Assembly (NCBI RefSeq): GCF_001194135.2
Contig: NC_068984.1
Location: 30,600,828 to 30,664,827, forward strand
From: Octopus bimaculoides
Taxonomy: Eukaryota
Length of the DNA: 64,000 bases
Reading direction: 5' to 3'
Position numbers and translations under genes: made by a program. Positions 13,311 to 25,949 of the stretch are shown piece after piece. The notes under the pieces are model-generated. The model had not been told where the DNA came from. It searched no databases and worked only from the letters and a program-made list of their open reading frames with translations. The first letter of the stretch is position 1. Each line of letters starts with the position of its first letter.

Positions 13311-14191
13311 CGAACTCTGATCAATAAGTATCCAGACTGTTGCCATAGTAAGGAAACTAAAATACACAGTGTAAAGCTGCTTGGCAAAGCTGCTGTGCAT
13401 GTGCACTAAGTTTTAACATTCTAGCTCACTTCTACTGTTTATAGCAGTGCTTGGAAGGAAAGTGTGTAGCATGTGATCTTCACATTGACCACGACAGTGA
13501 AAATCGTCAAGGTGATATCTGCTTAGAGGCCTATGCGAAGTTGTGCAAAGTGTATGGAGAGGTGCGTATGAGCCACATAGAAGTGTATGAGTGATTCAGA
13601 CATTTCCAAAATAGCTGAAAAATATTGATATTGATGAACGTTCTGAGGGACCTGCAACCAGCAGAACTGAGAAAAAGATCGCACATGTGCACGCAGCTAT
13701 GAGGAGAAATCGTCGAATCATCACCCATGAGTTATCAGAGGATGTGCAGATTAGTTATGGTTCAATTCAGTCCATTATCACTGAAGATTTAGGTATAAGA
13801 CACGTGTCTGCCATGTTTGTGCCAAAAATGCTTTCAGCTGACCTAAAAGACACACGAGTTTCAGTCGCACAAAATCTCCTTCTTTGTGTCGAGAATGAGG
13901 AAAACTTCTTAAAATCTTTGCTTAGGCCTCTGAGCAGGTATTGCTAAGCTTTTGGCAAAAATTTGATGCAGATTCTCTGCTCAGCTTTCTCTGCCATGGT
14001 CACTGCAATGATTACACGCTACACACTTTTCTTCCAAGGACTGTTGTAAACAACAAAAGTGAGCTAGAATGTTAAAACTTAGTGCACATGCACAACAGAC
14101 TTCAAGGTCAATCTGTGCCAAGCAGCTTTATTCTGCACGCTTTAGATTTGTTATTATGGTAACAGTCCTGAAACTTATTGATCAAACCACA
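13311..14191 (+). mobile_element. Mariner-family non-autonomous derivative with long inverted arms
   Basis: Ends CGAACTCTGATCAATAAG and CTTATTGATCAAACCACA-TA. Internal transposase N-terminus reads ...ERSEGPAT...RRIITHELSEDVQISYGSIQSIITEDLGIRHVSAMFVPKML (WVP-linker-like). No DDD domain. Confidence 0.85.
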
Positions 14192-17100
14192 TAGCTTTCA
14201 AATACTCATATCCTATATATCTCATTTATTTCTGTTATTTAAAACAAGTTTAGTATAACAAACCAGAGAAATACAACTCAGTACATGCGTATATATGCAT
14301 TTTTATTTTCAATTGGCTCAAAGTTACAAAAGTCACACAAGGGCCAAGAGGTTTGAGCATGGTGCTTATCAGACTGACTTCAAATCTGATAACTCTGGAA
14401 TATTTGGTTAAAAGTTAATATTAGCAGCTCACTTGAGAATTGCATATTTTAAAATAGTCTGCCCATTAAACAGAGATGTTATTCAATATGAGTGTATGCA
14501 AATCAGGATGTACAAGAAAAATCAAAGGTATGAATGGCATTCTTAAGAGCTGATTCATGGAAAAAGAAAGAATGTGTATTATGTAGTTAGTATGAGGTCA
14601 AAAGGAATGCAGTAGAAATAATTATAGGAGGAGGAGAGATTTAGAGGATGTGCTATGCAACTTACTAATTCCACAGAATAAAGGCCATATATTTTTCTTC
14701 TGGTGTGTGTGTGTGTGTTTGAGAGTCTCCTCTATAGATTCTATCACTCAAATTGTTACAGTCATTCAGTGTTGGTCAACCTGAAGCTGCACTGGAAGGT
14801 ACTATTTGCCCAAGGAACAGTATCATAAAATCCAGAACCACATGGCTGCAATTGAAAATTCTTACCCACACTTATAATTACATGTTTTTTTTATATTTAT
14901 TATCTATAATGAGTTTTAAAATTTAATACAACTGATAGCTTTGTCTGTTTATAGGGATGGATACAGAGAAATCAGAATACATTTTATTTAGATGTCCATT
15001 TTGCTGAATGAAAAAGACTAATCAAATATTGCATCATGTCCAATCAAGTGTAACCCGATGAGGCTTAATTAGGATAAAGAAATTTCAATAAACTAACTTT
15101 TTGTAAAAATGTATCAGCAAATTGTCTTCTTCAAATTACAACACTTCATGTCAATTGAAACTTATTTAAAATAGTCTGGCTTAGTCTTCTGATTAAAGGA
15201 GAGCAAACTATAAGGAAGATTAATTCTCAGAAACCAAAACATTAATTTACTAGAAATTTAAAATAGTGAATTCAATAATCAACAATTTATGTGAATTTCC
15301 AGACAAATCACTTACTTAAGCATTGGGAATAATAGATTAATGATGGCTGGGGAAAAGAAACAGCAAATCTGAGCAGGGACCTTTTTATAAAATGTATTTG
15401 TATTTTGATCCTACATTAGCAATACCCAGCTCCATCAAGGTATTTATAGCCTTTATATTTCATATCATATTTAGTAGATACTTGTTTTCTATAATACTAT
15501 CTGGATAGTTCTAAAATGTAATAAATCAAGTGAAGTTTTTGGAGAAAAGCAAATAGGATCCTAGGAAAGAATGTTGCCTTTCTTATGTTTTACTTTTAAT
15601 ATTTATGTGGTTTTGAAGAAAATTTGGTTTTGATGTTCATTTTAAAACTTTTTTTTCCCTTGAAATCTTGAAATCTTCACCAGGTTAACAATTGCAAATA
15701 AAAGCACATTATACAAATAGAAAATGTGATTCATCATCATCATCATCATCATCATCGTATAACGTCCACTTTCCATGCTAGCATGGGTTGGAAGGTTTGA
15801 GTGAGGTTTGTATAACTTTGCACTGACAGAATGATTAACACAGTGTTAACAGTTATTTCCTGTCGTGTACAAGAATAATTTTTTCTTGTATACCTTGTCA
15901 TATTATAATTTGGATCCCATTTATCGATATTCTGCTGACATATGTGGATAATTTTATATTCTGTGGAAATTAATTGTTTGAAAATAACAAGGTTACAGTA
16001 TTGAAAATGAAATTTAAAATAAGAATTCATGAGATTAGAATATTCAAATACTTAAGATTGAATATCAATCAATCCCAGAATGGAATTATTATAGATCAAG
16101 AGTTATAAATATCATCAATATCTACAATAGAAATAATGAAAGAAAAGCCAATGAGGGAAATGACAAGTTAATTGAAGATGGGAAAACTTAATTAAAAAGA
16201 TTTGCCTCTCAGATAATGAGCATATCTAAACAGACTGATCCAGATGTATCATTTGATGTCTGTAGAATGAGAAATAATGGGAACATTCTAGAATAAAGAT
16301 TCTGTTTGAAGCTAATAAAGCATTATTAAAGCTTAAACCCCACTAAGGTTCCATATAATATCCAAAGTTGGGAAAAACCTTCTTATCTGGATATCATCAG
16401 CTATTTGATGCTTGGGAGATGAAATGGCACAATGTTGTTGTGACGTTTATCAGAGGTAATATGAACAAGATAGTTTCAATTTATTAATCATCAAAAAATC
16501 TAGATCAAAGAATTTGCACTCATCAAAGCAGCTGATACTAGTATTTTAGTAGTTGATATGACTTATGAGATATTCTTTTTGTCAAGATTATCAGAATTAT
16601 TCTACAAACCTGACATCTCATCATTTGTAACCCTCTCAGACCTAAGCTCTTGTGTCTAATTTTACCACTACCTGGGCTCCTGAGGAAAAAAGAAATGTAT
16701 ACACAGCTCAAGAGTAATGATTGCAGGCAGACAAATGGACAGAATCACAAAAAATTCAGAATATCAAGAAAAGGCCTATATTTCAACTACTGTATTTCTT
16801 TGCCTAAATCACTACTTTTGGCACCACTTTCACTAATTTCACTGTTTGAATCAGTCTCATTGTCTCTGTAAGGGTAAACACTTTGTCCAGAGAATAAATA
16901 TTACCAATAATTTCCTAAACTGTAAGAGTCTAGGCTTTGCTGATTTACCAGACAAAGTGATGCATTCATCACATACTCATTTCATTGCAAAAGAAACCGT
17001 TTTTCAAAATAAAAACAAAGGTTAATAATTGCTATGGAGGAAGTCATTCACAATGAGTAATAAACACACTTGATTACAAAGCCGTATGGTGACTGGTTGC

Positions 17101-17434
17101 CTATTTTTAATATTTATCTTGTTTTTCTATGTGTGTTGTTCATTACCACTTTAACAAGAATCTAGAAGAGACTATATTTGGGTTATTCCCACTATATTGG
17201 GAAGACAGTACAATAAGGTTAAGAGGGTTTGTTGGGTAAGCACAGAAAATGATGATCATCAAGTAAGTTAAGGTGAAATGGATTAGAGACTGTATACAGA
17301 TATCATACTAACAAAGGGAGGGGCTTCTGAGATTCTGAGAGATACATTATACAACTGAACACTCTTAGTGTTTCTCCTATATATAACATAACTTTGGACA
17401 ATAGTTTCAGAGACATTTTATTTGCTTATGATTA

Positions 17435-17826
17435 TCTTTTACTTGTTCAGTTATTAGACTGTGGCCATGCTGGAACACTGCCTTGAAGTATTTTTAGTCA
17501 AATGAATTTACCTCAGTACTTTTATTTTTTTAAACCTGGCACTTGCTCTATTGGTCACTATTGCTGAACCACTAAGTTACAGGGGCATAAACACACCCTT
17601 ACCCATTGTCAAATAGTGCTGAGGGACAAACACACACATACACACACAAACACACAGACACACAAACACACGACTGGTTTTTTTCAGTTTCTGTCTACCA
17701 CTTACAAGGCTTTGGTCAGCCTGAGGCTATAAGTGAGAGAAGACACTTGACCAAGATACCACACAATGGGACTGAACCTGGAACCATGTGGTTGAGAAAC
17801 AAGCTTCTTACCGCACAACCACGATT
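17435..17826 (-). mobile_element. tRNA-derived SINE family A, full length
   Basis: Matches family A from head to tail. Confidence 0.8.
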
Positions 17827-18921
17827 AGTTTAAAGATTTTCAATTTGTTGGTAATATCCTTAGAATGCTTTGTATATAGAACACTATCTAAACCATTATA
17901 TGATTTTCTCAACAGATTCAGAAATTGTAACTGAAAAGCTAAGGTGGGACACTAGCAACACCTATGTGTGACTTACTTCACTTTTGCTTACACATAGCAC
18001 TTATATAAAATACAGTGATTGTTTTATAGATGACTAATTACTGAGAAAAAACTTAGCTTATTTGGTTCTTGTTTTATGCTATTCAATGAATGTAAAAAAA
18101 TCTCTAAAAAGTCTTCCAGTCTCTCCTTATCGTCTCTGACAGTTACTGGAATGAAGGGGTGCAGAATTAAGTGTATTTATCAAATATATATAACAAAATA
18201 CTAGAATTATATTTGAACTCAAAACATATGATCCACTGCAGCAAGGAATCACATAATTGAATGCATTGAATATTTTCTGCAGAATTTATAAAAAGCAAGA
18301 AATAAAGGAAAGAAATGTTAATTGTGGAATGGTTCTATTCAGAGACATAACAATGTATTAACATTTGTATTTTCAAAGGGCTGAATCTATTTTGGAAATT
18401 ACTCAGAAAAAAAATTATGAACCAGCATATATTTCTAATATAAGATCAATTTCATACAATGGATAGAAAGCTATACCTTTAAGATGCAAAAGTTTAAAAG
18501 AAAGTAATACAAAATTCCATTTCGTTTTACGACATTAATGAAAAATAGAGATAGCATTCATAACAGTATTCAGAAGGAAGCCATCGTAGATTTATGAATT
18601 ATCTATATTAAGCTGCAAGACAACAGCCAATGCAAAACATGATTTCATCATAAGATTATACTTCACATATTAGATTTTAATCAAAGAAATTGCAAAAGAA
18701 GAAATAACTGAAAGAAAGTACTAAAATATGATAGGGTGATTAGAAAGATACGGGAACCCTAATTCTGGTTTGCAATAAAAATTAAATTTATTTCTGTCAA
18801 ACTAAACTGAATACAATTTCTTTTTAAAAAGAAAGGTGATTTAGACATTTGAATTTGATCTTTACATGCATTATCTCTTACTGAATTGGTTTCAATGTTA
18901 CATGATGTATGCTAAGTCATG

Positions 18922-18963
<42 letters not shown>

Positions 18964-19574
18964 TCTAATATAAGAATTAAATTTTATTAAAAATTTTAAC
19001 AGTGGCCAGCATATGAAAAATACCTTTTCAGGTGAAAATTTTAATACAATTATAAATAAGGGCAAAAAGAAAATTTNNNNNNNNNNATATTTTTTTATCT
19101 ATTTATATATATATTTATTTATTTATATATATATATATATTTATTTATTTATATATATATATATATATTTATTTATTTAGTAATATATATATATTTTCAT
19201 TTATTCATTTATTATACACACATGCACACACTCACATACACACGCACACGCACACGTTAATAAAGATATTTTATATTCTAAACATTTATATCCTTTGCAT
19301 ATGCCATTCCCATATATGTAATTCTACTGTGTACGATTATACAAATGCATGAGTACCTGTGCATGTAAATGTCAAGCATGAATATGTATTCTGTTATATC
19401 TGAAATGAAATTCGGAATATCCTGGACATTATTTGAAGAAAGTAATTTGCATAGTCAATAAACAATCTGTAGAAATATATACATGTATAATTAAAGAAAC
19501 TGAACAGAATTTCTTAATTGATATTCAAGTTTGAAAGTTTTGCATATTATTTGTATATTACAAAGTAATATACA

Positions 19575-19915
19575 AGGTAGAGGGGCTCCGAAAGGGGTCT
19601 CAGGGAGTAGTGTCCCTGCCTTCCTGAGCTAGTTTTCTCCTATATTTGTTAAAAATTGTGGTAGAGGTCTTGGTCTTGGGACCACTCATGTCTAGAAACT
19701 GAGGTTGGTGGCTAAGCAAGGGCATGCTCCCTATATAAAATCCAACTCCAAAAAAGCCTCATGATAGCAAAAGATGATGGGTATCAGCCAGCCCAAAAGT
19801 TGGGGGTGGGCTACACCTGCCTACCTCAGTTGCTATAGCATTGAGGTAGATCCGGCCACCCCTGTTATCGGGGACAAAATCCGGATTTAAAATACTGGAT
19901 TATGATGATGATGAT
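19575..19915 (+). mobile_element. GC-rich (GAT)n-tailed retroposon fragment, family not assigned
   Basis: GC island in AT-rich context ending in (GAT)n, with a variant GGTGGCTAAGCAAGGGCATGC...TATAAAATCC motif. Confidence 0.5.
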
Positions 19916-20458
19916 GTGAAGATGTGCTACATTATTATTTATACTAGAAGTATATACACAACTAAATACCAAGTTGGAAACTGGTCAATTGTTTTACTGA
20001 AATGATAAGGATGTCACAGCTACAATAAAAAGCTTGTAAAAAGACCCATAACATTCAAAATGATCCTTTCTGGTCAAGTACCATAGTATATTTCATTAAG
20101 CATTTGAAGAAATAAAACATTATAAAAGTTATTAAACTGCAAACCCTTGACTAAAAAGAGAGCAGAATCCGTAATATCAGTGAAGACTGAAATAAAGTTA
20201 TGAAGAAAAATCACTTGAGATATCCAAGCTCCTTGGTCATTTCCCTCATTGCACAAATTCCACAAAGAGAGTACTGCAGGAATTCCAGAATGTGGGTACT
20301 GCAAGACGTTTAAATGATATTGGCACTGCAATATCACCAATGCTGGTCTTATTTGAGCCTTGTGTGTATATGTACATGTGTGCATGTGTGTGTGTGTGCA
20401 TGTGCACATGTGTTTGAGTACGCACGTGTGTGTGTAATATCTGCAAATATAAAATATA

Positions 20459-20838
20459 AACAATAGCACTCAGAGAACACAAACCCCCACCAAGGCAACA
20501 CCAACGTCATATCAACGATAAGCCAGAGATGATTTTTAAAATGAGAATATCTGAAATAAACTAGACTGCTCTCACAAATGAGAATACTAAAAATAAACCT
20601 GACCACTCTCAAAATTCAAGTAAAAAAATCATGAAAAATAATTCAGAACTTTTGTCCGGTACCAGATCGATCCCAAAGTCTAATCTGTTCGTGCCAGTCA
20701 CAGTCACGAGGCCAAACATCCCTGAAAATTTCCTTTGAATCCATCCAGCGGTTCTTGAGATATCTTGTCCATGGATAAGCAAACAAACAAATGTGACTGA
20801 AAACAATACCTCCACCTTCGTGGAGGCAGAGGTAAAAA
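20459..20838 (-). mobile_element. DINE-1/HINE-like (Helentron-associated) non-autonomous element
   Basis: Minus strand starts TTTTT-ACCTCTGCC, then a nearby inverted copy GGTGGAGGT and (GTTT)n. The 3' end has the subTIR GGTGGGGGT, a short hairpin ending GAGTGC, and TT. Confidence 0.65.
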
Positions 20839-21337
20839 GAGGCACATGTAATGTAGTTGGTGCATCATCTAAAGAAGCTTTGAGGTGTTCTTTGACCTTT
20901 GTCTGAAAAATTATGACAACCCAACAACCCAACTTACAACTTTATTAATATTGCATGGTCTACAAGAAGATGAGTTCTACATGCTTTAGTTATGGAGATG
21001 GATTGGGATCACAGTTAAGTTCCCAAGTTGATTTATTCAAAGGGGCTAGAGTCTGAATATGCCTGATATATAAGCTACATTATTTACTGGAGCAATACAA
21101 GCAGACTTTTGTTTTTGGCCTGATGTGAGAAATTAATGATACCACCTGGGATGTAGATTGACAGCTGCTTTGAAGTGTTGGCTTAATAGACAACCAAACA
21201 GACTATTATGCCAGGAATTTGAAGTAACTGTCAATTTTTCTACTTGTTAAAAGAGAATAAATATGATACATTTCTGTAAGGTTCTGAGTGCTCTTTAGAT
21301 TAATTTGTGCTGCTTTTTATCACTTTTGTCAGGATAA

Positions 21338-21500
21338 GTGCAGGCATGACTGTGTGGTAAGAAGCTTGCTTCCCAACCACATGCTTCCAGGTTCAGTCCC
21401 ACTGCATGACATTTTGGGTAAGTGTCTTCTACTATAGCCTTGGCCAACCAAAGCCTTGTGAGTGGATTTGGTGGAGGGAAACTGAAAGAAGCCCATCGTA
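21338..21500 (+). mobile_element. SINE family A, 5' half
   Basis: GCAGGCATGACTGTGTGGTAAGAAGCTTGCTTCCCAACCACATG head. Confidence 0.8.
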
Positions 21501-22320
21501 TATAATATATATATATGATGGGTATACAGCATATGTCTTGAAGTTGGGTATGCAGCATGTCTTGAAGAAATCCTGGAAATAATTACATTCAGGGAAAACG
21601 TGATAAATAGATACTCTGAGATGGTCATATCCTGTAAGCATAGGAACAAAATATCATTCATGGAATTTGAAAAAAATATTTTGAAACGAAATAACAAATT
21701 ATAGAACAATGAAGGAAGCAAAATGAATAAATGAATACACCAATGTTTAAGATGATACACACTATAACAATAGAAACAGTGAAAAAGTCACCATAAGAGG
21801 GTTGTACTTATCAATTCAGTCAGCAAACTCCATTGTATAGAAGCTGACCACCTGCTGTGTTCAGAATTTATTGAGGACAGTTAAGTCTTGAATGAAACAG
21901 AACAAAGAAATGTACCACCATCCTTAAATTGCTGAATGAATGACCATCCTTAAAATTTTCAGAATGAATAGCAAATAAATCTAACACAACCACACACACT
22001 TCCATCTCCATATGACTACCGTTCTTTCCTCTACTCCCATCACCTACCTCTCCTCATAAAGTACAGTAAAAATACCCACATAGCTAGATTGGCCTTCATA
22101 CTGGCAAGAAGAGATAAACATCCCTCTGTGATTCATCCAATAACACAGTATCGCCTGATGAAATGAATCAATGATGATGGTCAAATGGATGGCCATGGAT
22201 AATATGAACTATACTGTACTCATCCCAAGGATACAGACTATGATGTTAAAGTTATGTGATTTTGTGGAAATGCACGTAGCAATGCGTTAAATACTTATAA
22301 ATTCCATTCTAGAATTATTG

Positions 22321-22828
22321 TTGTCGCTTGCAAAGACTTGTTGAGGCAAGTGAAATCGAAATCAAACTAAATTCGATGACTGGCACCTATGCCAACGTCG
22401 TCTCCTTCATTGGACACGAAACTCAGCTTGCGAAGACTTATTGGGGCAAGCGAAATCGCGATAGCACCTGTGCCCAGTGTCGCCTTTCTGGCACTTGTGC
22501 CCGTGACATGTGTAAGGAGTTTCGGGCAAGATCGTTGCCAGTGCCCCTGGACTGGCTCTTGTATGGGTGGCACATAAAATACACCATTTTGAGCATGGCC
22601 GTTGCCAGTACCACCTGACTGGCCTTCATGCCAGTGGCACGTAAAAGCGCCCACTACACTCTCTGAGTGGTTGGCGTTAGGAAGGCCATCCAGCTGTAGA
22701 AACTCTGCCAAATCAGATTGGAGTCTGGTGTAGCCTTCGGGCTCCACCAGTCCTCTGTCAAATCGTCCAACCCATGCTAGCATGGAAAGCAGACGTTAAA
22801 CGACGACGACGACGACGATGATGATGAT
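22321..22828 (+). mobile_element. RTE LINE 3' UTR with internal subrepeats
   Basis: Matches 463-894 and ends in (GAC)n(GAT)n. Confidence 0.9.
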
Positions 22829-23379
22829 ATATATATATATGTATACACACCAATGTTTAAGATGATACACACTATAACAATAGAAACGGGGAAAAGTCAC
22901 TACAAGAGGATGACTTTTAAGTTTTAACCTGCTAATACTCAATACTTCATTCAAAAGAAAAATGATTACTTAAGTTCCATGAGCTCTATATTAACTTTGA
23001 AGAAGTCCCACTACCATATAGTTAGAATATGGTAACTTTCTTAGCATTAAAGCACCAAATGTTCCAAAATTCCCATCAACCAAATGATAGGACTGAAACA
23101 CATATGTAGATTCCTTATTTTATTTTAATTTAGTTTTTGAGCTTTCAACCAGTAGTCAATTTATTTGTACTCATGTTGTTTTTAAAAAATTGTCATCTTT
23201 TTGTAACATACAAATAAATTATTAATTAAATCCACTTCTTCTCCATTTTCTTTTTGTTTTCCTCCAATACTATAATTATCCTGAACATATACCAATGACT
23301 TTCACATTATATGATCGGAATTAAACCAGAAGAATACCTTAGATTATATAATCCCTAATGGGGATATGACTTCCTCAAC

Positions 23380-23541
23380 TCAGAGTGGTTGGCGTTAGGA
23401 AGGGCATCCAGCTGTAGAAACTCAGCCAGATCAGATTGGAACCTGGTGCAGCCATCTGGTTCACCAGCCCTCAGTAAAATCGTCCAACCCATGCTAGCAT
23501 GGAAAGCGGACGTTAAACGATGATAATGATGATGATGATGA

Positions 23542-23545
<4 letters not shown>
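23380..23545 (+). mobile_element. RTE LINE 3' tail
   Basis: GAGTGGTTGGCGTTAGGAAGGGCATCCAGC...(GAT)n. Confidence 0.9.
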
Positions 23546-23574
<29 letters not shown>

Positions 23575-23589
<15 letters not shown>

Positions 23590-24120
23590 TTGTATCTGTG
23601 TTTGCCCTTTCCCCCACAGTCACTTGATAACAAATGTTGGTTTGTTTACGTCCCCATAACTTAGAGATTCGGCAATAAAGAAGACCAATAGAATAAGTAC
23701 AAAGAATAAGTCCTGTTGTTGAGTTCTTTGAGTAAAGCCTTTTAAGGTAGTGCTCCAGCATGGCCACAGTCAACTGACTGGACCTATTAAAAAGAATGAA
23801 AAGAATAAAAAGAAAAAGTATAGTCTGTAAGTATTGTCTGAGTACTTGCAATAGAGTGAATTCTGCTAAAGGCACCTCAAGGCTGACTGAATTTGAACTC
23901 AGAACACAAAGACCTAAAACAAACACCACCAGACATTCAGTTGGATGTTTGCAATATTCCACCAACCTGCCATGTTGGATTGGTACTTTTTCAACACTGA
24001 GAGGCCGAAAGGTTGACCTTGATGGATTTGAACTGAGAGAATAGAGAGCTGAAACAAAGAGCTGAAACAAAGAGCTTGAAGAATTTCGTCCAATTATCTT
24101 ACCACTCTGCCAGTTTGCTA
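23575..24120. mobile_element. SINE A 3' half (+, 23575-23825) followed by two decayed SINE B heads (-, about 23842-23965 and 23975-24120)
   Basis: Motif matches to the other copies in the window, including GAATTTGAACTCAG. Confidence 0.6.
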
Positions 24121-24699
24121 CTTCAAACTAAAAGTAATCAAAAGATATAATTTCTAAATAAATGCAACAATACTTAAATAACAGCTATTTGTCATTAAAT
24201 ATGAAAAATAATAATATTCCAGTATCAGTTTAACAAGTAAGAATTACTCATATTTACAGAGCAAACTGAAAAATTGTAGTTATTTAGAAGCATATTTTTC
24301 CAAAGCAGCATTCTTCAATTAGTTTGAAAACCATTTTGTATCAGACACTAAATCATGTTGTACTGGTATAGAGATTCCAAGTGACATCCAGATAAAGTTA
24401 ATTCTTGGTAATTGTGTTGCTCGTGTGAACATGTTGTTTCTTATCACAAGTTACATATATTTCCTCACATAACTGTATGTCTTTGATCTAGCAAATGGAT
24501 CAAGGAATATGAAAGTCAGTCAGGTTAACCTATAAGAATAAATTCATGCATAGAATGTTCACAGAATTCAACAACGGTATTAGTATAAAGCCAATTTGAA
24601 AAGATGTAATATCAGAGATGCAACGTGGATTGCATCTAAAGCCTGTGACTGGGTTGATAAAGTAGAATGATAGATAATCTATTGATAGCATGCTTATTC

Positions 24700-25070
24700 A
24701 ATAATATGATGATAATGATGATGGTGATTGTAACTTTAGTGGTGGTGGTGGTGGTGGTGATGGTGATGATAGAGAGCAGGGATTGAAGATAGCCACATCA
24801 ATACTGATTTAACACCAAAGTCAACAAAATGCCATATCCATTATTGATGGTGATGATGACTGATGATGGCAATGACGATGATGATTATGAATATGATGAT
24901 GATTAAGATGATGATGATGGCAACTCCGTAGTTGTTGCTGCCAAAGCCACAATGCCAAAAGTGACAATATTGATGATGATGATTATAACAGTGGTTGTGG
25001 TGCTGGTGGGGGAGGTAGAGGAGGAGAAGGAGAAAATGGAAGATAAACCTGATATCAATTGAAGAAAATT
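24700..25070. repeat. Degenerate (GAT)n/(GGT)n low-complexity tract
   Basis: Seen directly. Confidence 0.85.
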
Positions 25071-25568
25071 GTTAATGACATTCACTAAAGGGTTTTCAGG
25101 CCTTATAGATCAGCAGTTGACGATAGCTATAGTAAAAAGATATTAAGATATTCATAAGGATTCTCCATTTAACCTCCAAGGTTATTTGTCACTTTGCAAC
25201 GAATGGAACTGAAGACAATAAAAATTTAAATAATGATATTGATGATGATGATGATGATGACAAAAATGAAGTGAAGTCAGATCTGTATAGAAGACAAGTA
25301 TTTTTACCGAAAACTGAAGCAAAATTCATTTTGTGAAGTTTGCGTATGTTTTATGAATAAAACGCACACACAAATACATAAATGATCTCATATATTTATA
25401 CTTTAACCTGATGGTGCTTTGTTTTACTTGGAAGCAATGCTACTGCATTGCAATACTTATTAAGTTTTTCTTTGAAAACGTCTTCACTGTTCTCAGTCTG
25501 TTAACAGCCAGGCATTCAGACAAGTATACTGGCAATGATGTGGCAACATTCAAAATGATGTCTAGGTG

Positions 25569-25644
25569 AATCTAGCTGAAGAGAACTAATCAAATTTATG
25601 TTAACAAACCTAATTTGCAAAGTTCGAAACCTAGGTCCTAGATT
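25569..25644 (+). ncRNA. Type I hammerhead ribozyme, intact core, palindromic stem III
   Basis: Stem I AATCTAG (25569-75) / CTAGATT (25638-44). Core CTGAAGA (25576-82). Stem II GAACT/AGTTC plus CAAATT/AATTTG. GAAA at 25626-29. Stem III is the palindrome ACCTAGGT. GUC cleavage triplet at 25635-37. Confidence 0.85.
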
Positions 25645-25646
25645 AT

Positions 25647-25692
<46 letters not shown>

Positions 25693-25949
25693 NNNNNNNN
25701 NNNNNNNNNNNNNNNNNNNNNNNNNNNNNNNNNNNNNNNNNNNNNNNNNNNNNNNNNNNNNNNNNNNNNNNNNNNNNNNNNNNNNNNNNNNNNNNNNNNN
25801 NNNNNNNNNNNNNNNNNNNNNNNNNNNNNNNNNNNNNNNNNNNNNNNNNNNNNNNNNNNNNNNNNNNNNNNNNNNNNNTAAATGGAGACGAACATCATTC
25901 CTTCCTGTGATCAGCTTGGAAAAATAGTTAAGATATTAAGATATTGTTC

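Noticed and set aside
15940-16800. Possible ancient RT remnant (YLGS-like motif); similar faint endonuclease-like remnant at 7770-8050
   Set aside because: Motifs are fragmentary, with many stops.
20190-20360. Open frames on both strands in unique-looking sequence
   Set aside because: No convincing splice sites or recognisable motif.
24616-24637. AGATGCAA/TTGCATCT hairpin
   Set aside because: An 8-bp inverted repeat is expected by chance in 64 kb of AT-rich DNA.
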